Below are positions 44,832 through 54,896 of a stretch of 56,832 bases of DNA, one piece after another. Positions within the stretch are counted from its first letter, which is position 1. The number at the start of each line of letters is the position of its first letter. The notes under the pieces were generated by a model. The model saw only the letters and a list, made by a program, of their open reading frames with translations, was not told the DNA's origin and ran no database searches. Position numbers and translations under genes: made by a program. The DNA is from a virus (taxonomy: Duplodnaviria > Caudoviricetes): IMG/VR virus record IMGVR_UViG_3300008259_004318, positions 1 to 56,832 of that record, one strand, 5' to 3'.

Positions 44832-46610
44832 ATGTCTTTATCAAAAGAACAAGCACTTTTAGAATATGCTAAATGCGTAAATGACACACCATACGCGTTA
44901 AAAACGTATTTACAAACTTACGACAATACACAATCACAGTACGTACCTTTAGAATTATTTAATGACCAAGTAACCCTTGTAAAAGATTATGATACTTGTG
45001 AGGAAAATATAGCACTAAAATACCGACAAGCGGGAGTATCAACAGTAACATCCGCATGGGCATCAAAAAGGTTGGTATTTGCAAACAAGAAAAAACCCGA
45101 AAAAATCCTAATCATTGCAAACAAAATGGATACTGCCGTTGAGATGGCGAATAAAGTTAGATCATTTGTTGACCAATGGCCAAAATGGATGGGTGTTGGG
45201 TTTTCATCAGAAAAAAACTCACAAAGACACTTTAAATTAACGAATGGTTGTGAGGTTAAGGCGGTTGCAACATCAAAAGATGCCTTACGTGGTTATACAC
45301 CAACAATACTTATTTTTGATGAGGCAGCATACATCAATGCAGATGAAGACTTTTGGTCTGCATGTATGGCATCCCTTTCAACAGGAGGTAAAGTTATTGT
45401 AATTTCAACACCAAATGGATTTGACCCAATTTATTATTCTATTTACAGTCAGGCGGTTAAAGGTATGAATGACTTTAGAATTACTGAAATGTATTGGTTT
45501 AGGGATCCAAGATATTCTAAAGATTTAAAATTGGTTAAATGTGATGATATTGTTCATTACATGTTAAATAGAGGTGACTATGAAGATAATGAAATTACAA
45601 TAGATTATAGTAATATAAAAGTTAGTGAGAGAAACTTTGAAGAAATAAAACAAAAAATAGAAAACGAAGGGTATAAACCTTATAGTTCTTGGTTTGAGGC
45701 CATGGCCAAAAAATTAAAGTTTGATAAGAGAAAGATTTCACAAGAGTTGGAATGTAATTTTTTAGGTTCGGGGGATAATGTTATACCTGCTGAAACTATG
45801 AAAAAAATTAAAGAAAAACATATTAAAGAACCCGAAAATAAATTTATGGGTGGTGCCCTTTGGCAATGGAAAGAACCCGTTGTTGGTCACAGATACATAA
45901 TGGGTGTTGACGTTTCAAGAGGTGATAGTGAAGATTTTAGCACTTTATCTATAATTGATTTTGATGAAAGAGAACAAGTATTAGAATATATTGGTAAAGT
46001 TCCTCCTGATATTTTAGCAGAAATTGCCTATAAATGGGGTACCATGTATAACGCATTTATTGTGACCGATATTACTGGTGGAATGGGTGTTTCGACATCA
46101 AGAAAACTACAAGAACTTGGTTATAAAAATTTATACGTTGATGGTGTTAATCCTGCAGATAAATGGAAGTGGGATCCTAAAAATCAAGATAAAATACCAG
46201 GAATTAACTTTAACTCAAAGAGGGTTTTAATAATACAGGCATTTGAAGAAGCGTTAAGATTTGATTTTGTTATGAGGTCACAAAGGTTGTTTAACGAATT
46301 AAATACCTTTGTCTATGTAAACGGTAGGCCTGACCACCAAAAAGGACAACATGATGATTTAATAATGGCATTTGCTATGGCAGTTTATGTTGGGGAAACT
46401 TCATTCGCACAATTAGAAAAGGCTACGGAGCATGCAAAGGCGATGTTAGAGTCTTGGTCTGTAGAATCTAATAAATATACTGGAGATTATACAAGTTTTA
46501 ATCCTGGATTACCAATTTCAACATCACAAAACGAAGTTTATAATAGAAGTCAAGTTACTAAAAGTGATTATGAAAAGTATTTATGGTTATTCGGACCTAA
46601 AAGGGTTTAA
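44832..46610 (+). CDS. terL: terminase large subunit (T4 gp17-like)
   Basis: LKYRQAGVST Walker A variant, LIFDEAA Walker B, ISTPNG, QELECNF, GVDVSRG, HDDLIMA. Confidence 0.93.
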   Translation: MSLSKEQALLEYAKCVNDTPYALKTYLQTYDNTQSQYVPLELFNDQVTLVKDYDTCEENIALKYRQAGVSTVTSAWASKRLVFANKKKPEKILIIANKMDTAVEMANKVRSFVDQWPKWMGVGFSSEKNSQRHFKLTNGCEVKAVATSKDALRGYTPTILIFDEAAYINADEDFWSACMASLSTGGKVIVISTPNGFDPIYYSIYSQAVKGMNDFRITEMYWFRDPRYSKDLKLVKCDDIVHYMLNRGDYEDNEITIDYSNIKVSERNFEEIKQKIENEGYKPYSSWFEAMAKKLKFDKRKISQELECNFLGSGDNVIPAETMKKIKEKHIKEPENKFMGGALWQWKEPVVGHRYIMGVDVSRGDSEDFSTLSIIDFDEREQVLEYIGKVPPDILAEIAYKWGTMYNAFIVTDITGGMGVSTSRKLQELGYKNLYVDGVNPADKWKWDPKNQDKIPGINFNSKRVLIIQAFEEALRFDFVMRSQRLFNELNTFVYVNGRPDHQKGQHDDLIMAFAMAVYVGETSFAQLEKATEHAKAMLESWSVESNKYTGDYTSFNPGLPISTSQNEVYNRSQVTKSDYEKYLWLFGPKRV

Positions 46611-46650
46611 ATTAAATTAATTGGTCTTATTTTTTAAATAAAAAAAAATT

Positions 46651-48462
46651 ATGGCAGAACAAAAATATACAGTTTGGCAAAGGTTAGGTAGGGTTTTCGG
46701 ACCTAACGCAACAATGGACCAGCAAGCACCGGTTTTTAAATTCGATAAAAAACAATTATTAAAAACCGCAGATAAAAATGAATACGAGAAAGAAAAACTT
46801 GAAGCCCAACAAACAATGTATGTTGGTAAACAATGGCAAAGAGTTGAGACAAATCTATACCAACAGGCGGTTTATTATGAACCAACAAGAATGGCATCAT
46901 ATTATGATTATGAGTCTATGGAATACACACCTGAAATTTCAGCCGCTTTAGATATATACGCCGAAGAATCAACAACACCCGATCAAGACGGTTTAATTTT
47001 GAGGGTTTATTCTGAATCTAAAAGAATAAAACAAGTATTAACCGATCTATTCACAAACAAACTTGACATAAACACTAATTTACCTATGTGGACAAGAAAC
47101 ACATGTAAATTTGGTGATAATTTTATTTATTTAAAATTAGATCCCGAAAATGGGGTTGTTGGGTGTCAACAATTACCTAACATACAAATAGAAAGATTAG
47201 AAAAGGGTATGAGATTCCAACCTGACAAATACTCTCAAGAAATGGAAAACGATGCTTTGAAGTTTGTGTGGAAAGAAAAAAACATGGAGTTTAATACTTG
47301 GGAAGTTGCTCACTTTAGAATATTGGGAGACGATAGAAAACTACCTTATGGTACTTCTATGTTGGAAAAGGCTAGACGTATTTGGAAGCAATTATTACTT
47401 TCAGAAGATGCGATGTTGGTATATAGGGTTTCAAGGGCACCTGAAAGAAGAGTATTCAAAATTTTTGTAGGTAACATGGACGATAAAGATGTCGATGCAT
47501 ATGTTCAAAAAGTCGCAAATAAATTTAAAAGGGATCAAATTGCGGACCCACAAACAGGGAATGTAGATTTAAGATATAATCAATTGGCGGTTGATCAAGA
47601 TTATTTTATTCCTGTTAGAGATGCCGCTGCGGGTAATCCAATTGACACATTACCGGCAGGTCAAAACTTGGCGGAAATTGCGGACATTGAGTATATCCAA
47701 AAGAAATTAGTTACTGCACTTAGAATACCAAAGGCGTATTTAGGATTTGAAGAGGCTGTTGGTGACGGTAAAAATTTATCATTATTAGATATTAGATTTG
47801 CAAGAACTATTAATAGAATTCAAAAATCTATGATTGCGGAATTAAACAAAATTGCAATCATACATTTATTTTTATTGGGGTTTGAAGATGAGCTTACAAA
47901 CTTTACGTTGAGTCTAAATAACCCATCAAAACAAGGTGAACTTTTATCTATTGAAATTTGGAAAGAAAAAATAACTCTTTATAAAGATGCGGTTGCTGAA
48001 GTTGCTAATTCATTAGCACCGACATCAGCATCCTGGGCTAAAAAACACATTTTAGGGTTTTCTGATGAAGAAATAAGGTTAGATATCCAACAACAAAGAA
48101 TAGAAAGGGCAGTTTATGGTGAGTTAGCAAAAACACCTGAAGTTATTACAAAAACAGGAATATTCGATAATATTGACCAATTATATACTAAAAAAGATGC
48201 GGGAGCGGCTCCTGGTGGGGCACCTGCACCTGGTGGAGCACCTGCACCTGGTGGAGAACCTGCACCTGGTGGGGCACCACCTGCACCTGAACCACCAGCA
48301 CCTGGTGGAAGTGAGGTAACACCTGAAAGTTTTAAAAAAAATGATTTAAATTTAATATTAGAAGATAGTATTTTTTATGGTAAAACTTCATTAGATTTAT
48401 CAAAAGGAAGACTATCTTTAGATCAAGTAGACAAAAAATTGAAAGATTTAATTGATAAGTGA
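46651..48462 (+). CDS. portal protein (T4 gp20-like)
   Basis: PEISAALDIYAEE, LSEDAMLVYRVSRAPERRVF, QDYFIPVR, IDTLPAGQNL, ALRIPKAYL; PGGAPA tail repeats. Confidence 0.92.
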   Translation: MAEQKYTVWQRLGRVFGPNATMDQQAPVFKFDKKQLLKTADKNEYEKEKLEAQQTMYVGKQWQRVETNLYQQAVYYEPTRMASYYDYESMEYTPEISAALDIYAEESTTPDQDGLILRVYSESKRIKQVLTDLFTNKLDINTNLPMWTRNTCKFGDNFIYLKLDPENGVVGCQQLPNIQIERLEKGMRFQPDKYSQEMENDALKFVWKEKNMEFNTWEVAHFRILGDDRKLPYGTSMLEKARRIWKQLLLSEDAMLVYRVSRAPERRVFKIFVGNMDDKDVDAYVQKVANKFKRDQIADPQTGNVDLRYNQLAVDQDYFIPVRDAAAGNPIDTLPAGQNLAEIADIEYIQKKLVTALRIPKAYLGFEEAVGDGKNLSLLDIRFARTINRIQKSMIAELNKIAIIHLFLLGFEDELTNFTLSLNNPSKQGELLSIEIWKEKITLYKDAVAEVANSLAPTSASWAKKHILGFSDEEIRLDIQQQRIERAVYGELAKTPEVITKTGIFDNIDQLYTKKDAGAAPGGAPAPGGAPAPGGEPAPGGAPPAPEPPAPGGSEVTPESFKKNDLNLILEDSIFYGKTSLDLSKGRLSLDQVDKKLKDLIDK

Positions 48463-48482
48463 TATTTATAAATAAAAATTAT

Positions 48483-49214
48483 ATGAACACTTTTGGTACA
48501 ATTAAAACAAAAATAGAAAACACGTCAGTTGAACTCGCAAAAAAACCTGAATTTAAAAGATTTATATTTGAATTAAATTCATTGATATTAAAAAATAAAG
48601 ATCTGTGTGAATTATATTACATATATGATGATTTATCATCTAATAAAGGTTTACCTTCAGATATTGCGAATGATTATATAAATGAAACTGTTGAATATTC
48701 CCAAGTATTACTTGAAAGTCAATCTAAAAGATTAGAAGATGTTTCTTTTTGGATAAACTCTTGGAACAATAAAAATCAAAACAATTATTCAGACATTGAT
48801 AACGCGATATACACTACGGGGATTAGAAATTTAGAAAGTATTTTAGAATCTAAAAAAAATATAAAAAATACAATTACAAAAGAAGAAAATAAAACACCCG
48901 TAATTGAGAGTGTTAATTTACCAATATCTTCAATGGTAAAAATTGCAAACGAAAATTTAAAAAAAGAATTAGGATCTTTAAATGAAAATGATAAAAACCA
49001 ACTGGATGAAATATTATCATTAACAGGAGAAGAATTAAAAGAAAATTTTAATGAAGTAAAAAAAATTGTTTTGGAAAATCTTAAACAATCCTTAAACGAG
49101 TCTGTGGATAATGATTTACAAAACACTATAAACAAAACAATTAATAAGATAATGGATACCAAGTGTAATCATTATGATTATTATAAACTAAAAAAATTAA
49201 GTTTGGGACTATGA
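48483..49214 (+). CDS. hypothetical head-module protein
   Basis: Start moved to ATG 48483 after TATTTAT 48463-48469. Confidence 0.7.
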   Translation: MNTFGTIKTKIENTSVELAKKPEFKRFIFELNSLILKNKDLCELYYIYDDLSSNKGLPSDIANDYINETVEYSQVLLESQSKRLEDVSFWINSWNNKNQNNYSDIDNAIYTTGIRNLESILESKKNIKNTITKEENKTPVIESVNLPISSMVKIANENLKKELGSLNENDKNQLDEILSLTGEELKENFNEVKKIVLENLKQSLNESVDNDLQNTINKTINKIMDTKCNHYDYYKLKKLSLGL

Positions 49215-49480
49215 AAAAATTTTTTAAAGGAATCGGTAGATTGTTTATGGACAGTCAAGGAAACGCATCTTCAAAAAGGTTTGTAGGGATTCTTTGTGGT
49301 GTTTCTCTTTGCATTACTTTATATGCGAACAGTTATACACACGGAGATATCAAACCTTCAGACACATTAGTAAATGCTGTTGCTATGTTGGCGTTTGGTT
49401 GTTTAGGTCTTACCTCTACAGAAAAGATTTTTGGAAAAAAATCAGAAGAGAAAAAAGAAGAAACTCAAGAAGAAATTTGA
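49211..49480 (+). CDS. small two-TM membrane protein (holin-like)
   Basis: SSKRFVGIL + two hydrophobic helices + charged C-tail. Confidence 0.55.
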   Translation: MKKFFKGIGRLFMDSQGNASSKRFVGILCGVSLCITLYANSYTHGDIKPSDTLVNAVAMLAFGCLGLTSTEKIFGKKSEEKKEETQEEI

Positions 49481-49653
49481 TTTTTCTGCTTATATTGAGC
49501 CTTTTTAATTTGAGCCCTTCGTTTAACGGAGGGTTTTTTATATTCTTGACGTTCTTGTAATTTTTGGATTTGTTTTGTTTTATATATTTTAAACTTATAT
49601 GTTTTTAATGCTTGTTCAAGAGACTTTTCATTTTTTACGTGTACTATAATCAT
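49465..49653 (-). CDS. rpsU: ribosomal protein bS21 (Bacteroidota-like)
   Basis: MIIVHVKNEKSLEQALKTYK...ERQEYKKPSVKRRAQIKKAQYKQ; 62 aa from ATG 49653. Confidence 0.9.
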   Translation of the reverse strand: MIIVHVKNEKSLEQALKTYKFKIYKTKQIQKLQERQEYKKPSVKRRAQIKKAQYKQKNQISS

Positions 49654-49759
49654 AAGTTTTTTTGGTTTTACAATATAAATAGTAAGTATTTTTTTAATTT
49701 TTGACAAGTTTATCATTTTTAATTATAATTGTTAAAAATAAACTCGAAAGAAATGAAAA

Positions 49760-50209
49760 ATGAAAAAAGGAAAAACATCAAAATTAAATATTTTTGATGA
49801 TGCAAAATGTCACTATGGTACAGTCGACTCTAAAGAATTAAAATCAATTTATTTAGTATTACAAACATGGGTTGAACCAATAGTTGATGACGATAATTGG
49901 ACCAAAATAACAGGATTAATAAAAAGACAAATTTTACATACATTATTAGAAGTTGTTGATTTTACATTATTTGAAAGGAAACAAATAGTCGATCTTGATT
50001 TAAGAACCAGCGGAATTCAAAAAAACAAAAAAAGTTTTTTAAATTTAGAAATAACTTTATTTGTTCATGAAAAAAATGTTGATTTTAAATCGTTAATTCT
50101 AAGGTCAAAAATAAAAAAAATAATATCTTCAGTTTATTATGATGACCTAAAAAAATCTAAGTATTTTATTTTAAGTAAAACAAAAATAAAAGAAACCGAA
50201 TTAATATAA
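49760..50209 (+). CDS. hypothetical protein
   Basis: 149 aa, divergent from rpsU. Confidence 0.7.
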   Translation: MKKGKTSKLNIFDDAKCHYGTVDSKELKSIYLVLQTWVEPIVDDDNWTKITGLIKRQILHTLLEVVDFTLFERKQIVDLDLRTSGIQKNKKSFLNLEITLFVHEKNVDFKSLILRSKIKKIISSVYYDDLKKSKYFILSKTKIKETELI

Positions 50210-50229
50210 TATTTATCATAAAAAACATT

Positions 50230-50940
50230 ATGAAAATATTAGGACCAAACGACACAGGTAAAGGAATTTTAGTTGAGTGGGATGCGGGGACAATCAATCC
50301 CAATGAATTTAGGAATAGTCAAGTTATAAAAGAATCTTATGGTCAATTAGACCATTCTAAACCTTTTGTTTTTTATGCTACATTACAAAAATATGGAGTA
50401 CCAAATAGAAATGGTAGAATTTATCCTGAAAAAATATTAAAAAGAGAAGCCGACAGATATAAAGAAATGATTAATAAAGGTATGTCAATATCTGAACTTA
50501 ATCACCCCGAATCATCTCTTATTGATTTAGATAGGGTGGCTCACTTAATTACTGATGTGTGGTGGGAGGATAATGTATTGATGGGTAAGATTAAATTACT
50601 AACCACTCCAGGGTTTCATGAAAGAGGTATTGTTTCTTCTAAAGGCGATGTTGCTGCTAACATGATGAGACAGGGTGTTACAATGGGGGTTTCTTCAAGA
50701 GGTGTGGGTTCGTTAGTAAAAAAAGGAGAACAGAATGAAGTGCAAGAAGATTTTGAACTTATATGTTTTGATTTAGTTTCCTCACCTTCAACTCCAGGAG
50801 CATACCTTTATTTAAATAAAGAAGATAGGCCAAATTACGAAGAAAAACTAACGGAGAATGAAAATATAGAATCAAATTCTAATCCACTTAGTAAATCTAT
50901 TGACTTAATGAAAAGATTATCCGATTATTTGGATAAATAA
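50230..50940 (+). CDS. prohead core protease (T4 gp21-like)
   Basis: NRNGRIYP, ELNHP, GVSSRGVGS, FDLVSSPSTPGA. Confidence 0.92.
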   Translation: MKILGPNDTGKGILVEWDAGTINPNEFRNSQVIKESYGQLDHSKPFVFYATLQKYGVPNRNGRIYPEKILKREADRYKEMINKGMSISELNHPESSLIDLDRVAHLITDVWWEDNVLMGKIKLLTTPGFHERGIVSSKGDVAANMMRQGVTMGVSSRGVGSLVKKGEQNEVQEDFELICFDLVSSPSTPGAYLYLNKEDRPNYEEKLTENENIESNSNPLSKSIDLMKRLSDYLDK

Positions 50941-50952
50941 AATTATTAAGAC

Positions 50953-51162
50953 ATGGACGAAAAATATTTTGTAGCTAGAGTAACTACCGATATGGTAGAT
51001 GAAAACACAGGAAAAATTAAAAAAATTAAAGAAGAAAAATTAGTTAAAGGGTATTCACCAACAGATGTTGAGGCTAAGGTAACAAAGGCTTATGAAACAT
51101 ACACAATGGATTGGAGAATAACTGCTATTGTTGAGAGTAAAATCGACGAAGTAATAGAATAA
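50953..51162 (+). CDS. small hypothetical protein (DUF4494-like)
   Basis: YFVARV...ENTGKIKKIKEEKLV...TDVEAKV...ITAIVESKIDEVI. Confidence 0.6.
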   Translation: MDEKYFVARVTTDMVDENTGKIKKIKEEKLVKGYSPTDVEAKVTKAYETYTMDWRITAIVESKIDEVIE

Positions 51163-51189
51163 AATAATTTTTTTATAGTGAATTAATTT

Positions 51190-51221
51190 AACGGGAGTCA
51201 TAACGACTCCCGTTTTTTTTT
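51190..51221 (+). terminator. intrinsic terminator
   Basis: AACGGGAGTC-ATAAC-GACTCCCGTT followed by a T-run. Confidence 0.9.
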
Positions 51222-51302
51222 GTTTAAACTTAGTTTTTTTCAAAGGGCAGTATATTTATTTATAAAATAAACAATAATAAAGCAAAAAATATTGCATTTT
51301 TT

Positions 51303-52733
51303 ATGGAAAAAAACAAATCTGTAGTTGAACAAACTTTATTGCAAATTAAGGCAGTAGAGGATGCTATCAGTGAAAACGCAAAAGGAATACTTGCTTCTAC
51401 AATGAAACAAGAAATCAGTGAACTAGTAAAAGAATCCCTAAAAGGGAGAAAAAATCTACACGAACAAGATGAAAATGATCCTGAAATGGATGAACCAGAA
51501 ATTGAAGGTGAAGATCAGCCCGCGACTGACATAGACCCTGAAATGAGTGGAGAAGAAGACGGTGTAGAAGATTCGGAGGTAACGGACGTAGATGTTGCGA
51601 TGGGAGCCGAAGAAGATAATCAAGAAGAATTACCACCATTAGATATGACTCAGGCTTCTCCAGAAGAAGTATTACGAGTATTTAAGGCAATGGGAGATCA
51701 AGACGGTATAATTGTTAAAAAACAAGATGATGGTGACATCCATTTAGTTGATAGTAACAACAATACCGAATACTTAATTTCATTTGGTGGTGAATCTGAA
51801 CCAACACAAGATAATGTAATGGAAAATGAAGATAAAGATGATTTTTTAAGTGCACTAAACGATTCTTTGTATGGTAGTGAAATGGGAGAACAGTTTGATG
51901 ATGAAGATTTTATGTCTTTTGATGATGAATTTAGTGAAGGTTATGAAGAAATGGGTGAAAATGAAAATTTTTACGAAATGTCTGAAGATGACTTAGAAGC
52001 GGTTATGGAAACATTTAAATATGGTAAAAAACCTAACATGGAAGGAGGATTCAACGAAAAAATGAAGGAAGCACCTAAAAGACATGGAAAAAATGGTAAC
52101 GCTAAAAGTGCTACTAAATACCCTTCTAAAATGAAACACGGTGTTACTGAAACTGATTACGAAGAAGAAGAGTTTGAAGCTTGGGAAGAAGAAGAGTATG
52201 AAGATGTTATGGCTTATGAACAAGATGCTGAAATAGAAACTACTGAAGCATCAAGAACTTTAGGTAATGGTAAATATTGGGGTAGAAAAGGTTTACCTAA
52301 ACCAAGAACTGCACCTAAACACCTAAGAGTAGAATCGGTTAATAAAGAATTGGTAGTTTTAAGAGAAAAAAATGAAGAATATAAAAAGGCGTTAGACTTC
52401 TTTAGAAATAAATTAAATGAAGTTGCTGTTTTTAATTCTAATCTTGCTTATTCTACAAGATTATTTACAGAACATTCAACAACAAAACAAGAAAAGATTA
52501 ATATTCTTAGAAGATTTGACAACGTTGAAACTTTAAAAGAATCAAAAAATCTTTACAAAACAATCAAAAACGAATTAGATGGAGAAGGGACTAAAAATGT
52601 TGTTAAGGAGTCAATAACTGAAAAAGTTATTAAAACACCTAAAACAGGATCGGCAACAAATCTAATCGAAAGTAAAACGTATGAGAATCCTCAGTTCATG
52701 AGAATGAAGGATTTAATGGCAAAAATTAAATAA
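51303..52733 (+). CDS. prohead scaffolding/core protein
   Basis: Highly acidic, coiled-coil C-terminus, located between protease and major capsid. Confidence 0.7.
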   Translation: MEKNKSVVEQTLLQIKAVEDAISENAKGILASTMKQEISELVKESLKGRKNLHEQDENDPEMDEPEIEGEDQPATDIDPEMSGEEDGVEDSEVTDVDVAMGAEEDNQEELPPLDMTQASPEEVLRVFKAMGDQDGIIVKKQDDGDIHLVDSNNNTEYLISFGGESEPTQDNVMENEDKDDFLSALNDSLYGSEMGEQFDDEDFMSFDDEFSEGYEEMGENENFYEMSEDDLEAVMETFKYGKKPNMEGGFNEKMKEAPKRHGKNGNAKSATKYPSKMKHGVTETDYEEEEFEAWEEEEYEDVMAYEQDAEIETTEASRTLGNGKYWGRKGLPKPRTAPKHLRVESVNKELVVLREKNEEYKKALDFFRNKLNEVAVFNSNLAYSTRLFTEHSTTKQEKINILRRFDNVETLKESKNLYKTIKNELDGEGTKNVVKESITEKVIKTPKTGSATNLIESKTYENPQFMRMKDLMAKIK

Positions 52734-52759
52734 AAAATAAACTTTTTTAAAAAACTGTA

Positions 52760-52766
52760 TATTTAT
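52760..52766 (+). promoter_or_regulatory. putative late promoter TATTTAT (representative copy, before the major capsid gene)
   Basis: The same 7-mer sits 4-65 nt upstream of about 20 starts in the window. Confidence 0.65.
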
Positions 52767-52809
52767 ATACAAAATAATAAAAAAATAAACTCTAATTAAA
52801 AATTAAAAA

Positions 52810-54684
52810 ATGGGAGCATTATTAGAATCAGGTCTTGTTGGTAATATCGGGTTAAAACACCTTAAAGTTATCAAAGAAGATACAATTAACAAATGGGATA
52901 AATTAGGATTCCTAGACGGTCTTAAAGGACACGTTAAAGAGAACATGGCACAATTATATGAAAACCAAGCGTCTCACCTAATAAACGAAGCAGCATCTAC
53001 TGATAGTTCAGGTTCATTCGAAACTGTAGTATTTCCTATCGTTAGACGCGTATTCTCTAAATTGTTGGCTAACGATTTAGTTTCTGTACAAGCAATGAAC
53101 TTACCTATCGGTAAATTGTTCTACTTTGTACCAAGAATCCAAGGTTATTCTTCTTCAACCGATCAAACTGCGGCTAATGCTTACGGTGGTAACGCATATC
53201 ACTATTCACCTGTTGGATCTCCATCTAATACAGGTACTACAGGTGTTGGTGCTGGTTACCCACCTAACGCAAACGCGTTTTCTAAAAGTCTTTATGATTT
53301 ATTTTATGAAGGTGCTGAAGGTCAATTAAGCCCTCCAGGATTATTTGATTACTCAAAAGGAAAATGGTCAGCGGTTACTTCAACTGCAACCGTTAAAGTT
53401 TGGAGTAATGGTTCATTAACTAGTGCAACAAACCAATACCCAAGTGGAACTAACGTAAGAAAAGTTATCTTGGAACTTGGTGGATTTACTCAAGCAGGTA
53501 CAGGAAAATTAATTGGTCCTGATGGTAGTGAAGTTGATTCTGAAACTTTCCTTTCTGATTTAAGAGTTTTCTCTAACGTTGCAAAGGCTTCTTCAGTTCT
53601 ATCAGCATCTACACCATGTAATGTTGTTTATAACTCAGACGGTAATCCTAATTCATTATTGTTTAGAGTTGTTACTCAACAATATGGTAAAGGTATTGTA
53701 ACACCTACATCTACTCAAACACCAACATCATGGGCATCAACAGGAAATGGTGGTTCATATGATAATATCTGTTCTCAAGATGGTAAAATCTTGTTAGAAG
53801 TGGATCTTTCTTGTCCTGTATGTGCTGATTGTGATGCTACATCATTAGACGGATACACAGGAACTACTTTAACAGGTGGTTTAAGTGGTACTCCATTCTC
53901 AGCAGTTTGGAGAAGATACGCTAACTTAGAATTTGAAGACCAAATTGGTGAGGTTTCTTTTGATTTAGAATCAGTAACTGTTTCTGTAACTGAAAGAAAA
54001 CTAAGAGCACAATGGTCACCTGAATTGGCACAAGACGTTTCTGCATTCCATAACATCGACGCTGAGGCTGAATTAACAGCATTATTGTCTGAGCAAGTGG
54101 CGGCAGAAATCGATAGAGAAATCTTGAGAGACCTTAGAAAGGGAGCGGCTTGGAACCTAAGATGGGATTACAACGGATGGAGAAGAATTTCTCAAACAAC
54201 ATCATACACTCAAAAAGATTGGAATCAAACTTTGATTACAGCAATCAACCAATTGTCAGCACAAATCCACAAATCTACTTTAAGAGGTGGTGCTAACTGG
54301 ATCGTTGTTTCTTCTGAAGTTTCTGCAATCTTTGATGACCTTGAGTACTTCCACGTATCTAACGCTTCTCCGGAGCAAGATCAGTACAACATGGGTATCG
54401 AAAGAGTTGGTACATTAGCAGGTCGTTACCAAGTGTATAGAGATCCATACTTCCCAGCTAACCAAATCCTTATCGGACACAAAGGTTCATCTTTGTTAGA
54501 CACAGGATATGTATATGCTCCGTATGTACCTCTACAATTAACACCTACAATGTATAACCCATTCAACTTTACACCGATCAAAGGTATAATGACGAGATAC
54601 GCTAAGAAAATGGTTAACAACCGTTTCTATGGTAGAGTTACAGTTGATGGAGTTAGAACATTCGACTTACAAGAATTGAGATAA
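52810..54684 (+). CDS. major capsid protein (T4 gp23-like)
   Basis: FPIVRRVF..LLANDLVSVQAM, RKLRAQWSPELAQD..AFH.IDAEAELT, EIDREI, YAPYVPL, PIKGIMTRYA. Confidence 0.95.
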   Translation: MGALLESGLVGNIGLKHLKVIKEDTINKWDKLGFLDGLKGHVKENMAQLYENQASHLINEAASTDSSGSFETVVFPIVRRVFSKLLANDLVSVQAMNLPIGKLFYFVPRIQGYSSSTDQTAANAYGGNAYHYSPVGSPSNTGTTGVGAGYPPNANAFSKSLYDLFYEGAEGQLSPPGLFDYSKGKWSAVTSTATVKVWSNGSLTSATNQYPSGTNVRKVILELGGFTQAGTGKLIGPDGSEVDSETFLSDLRVFSNVAKASSVLSASTPCNVVYNSDGNPNSLLFRVVTQQYGKGIVTPTSTQTPTSWASTGNGGSYDNICSQDGKILLEVDLSCPVCADCDATSLDGYTGTTLTGGLSGTPFSAVWRRYANLEFEDQIGEVSFDLESVTVSVTERKLRAQWSPELAQDVSAFHNIDAEAELTALLSEQVAAEIDREILRDLRKGAAWNLRWDYNGWRRISQTTSYTQKDWNQTLITAINQLSAQIHKSTLRGGANWIVVSSEVSAIFDDLEYFHVSNASPEQDQYNMGIERVGTLAGRYQVYRDPYFPANQILIGHKGSSLLDTGYVYAPYVPLQLTPTMYNPFNFTPIKGIMTRYAKKMVNNRFYGRVTVDGVRTFDLQELR

Positions 54685-54704
54685 TCAATATCTTTAGAAT
54701 AAGG

Positions 54705-54732
54705 AAAAGGTCAGAGAAATCTGACCTTTTTT
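54705..54732 (+). terminator. intrinsic terminator after the major capsid gene
   Basis: AAAAGGTCAGA-GAAA-TCTGACCTTTT. Confidence 0.9.
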
Positions 54733-54896
54733 GTTTTTATAAAAAATTAGTTTTTTTTACGTATAAGTGTACGTATTTTCACACATACTATATTAGTACA
54801 CATGTCGTAAATTGACTGTTTATGGGGTACCAAAAAAGGGTTTTTCTTTATATATAGGACTATCTATTGGTGTAAACAAAATAAAACCAATAGAAA

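Noticed and set aside
44832-54684. Introns or inteins in terminase, portal or capsid genes
   Set aside because: ORFs are continuous and of plausible length, with no intein or homing-endonuclease motifs seen.
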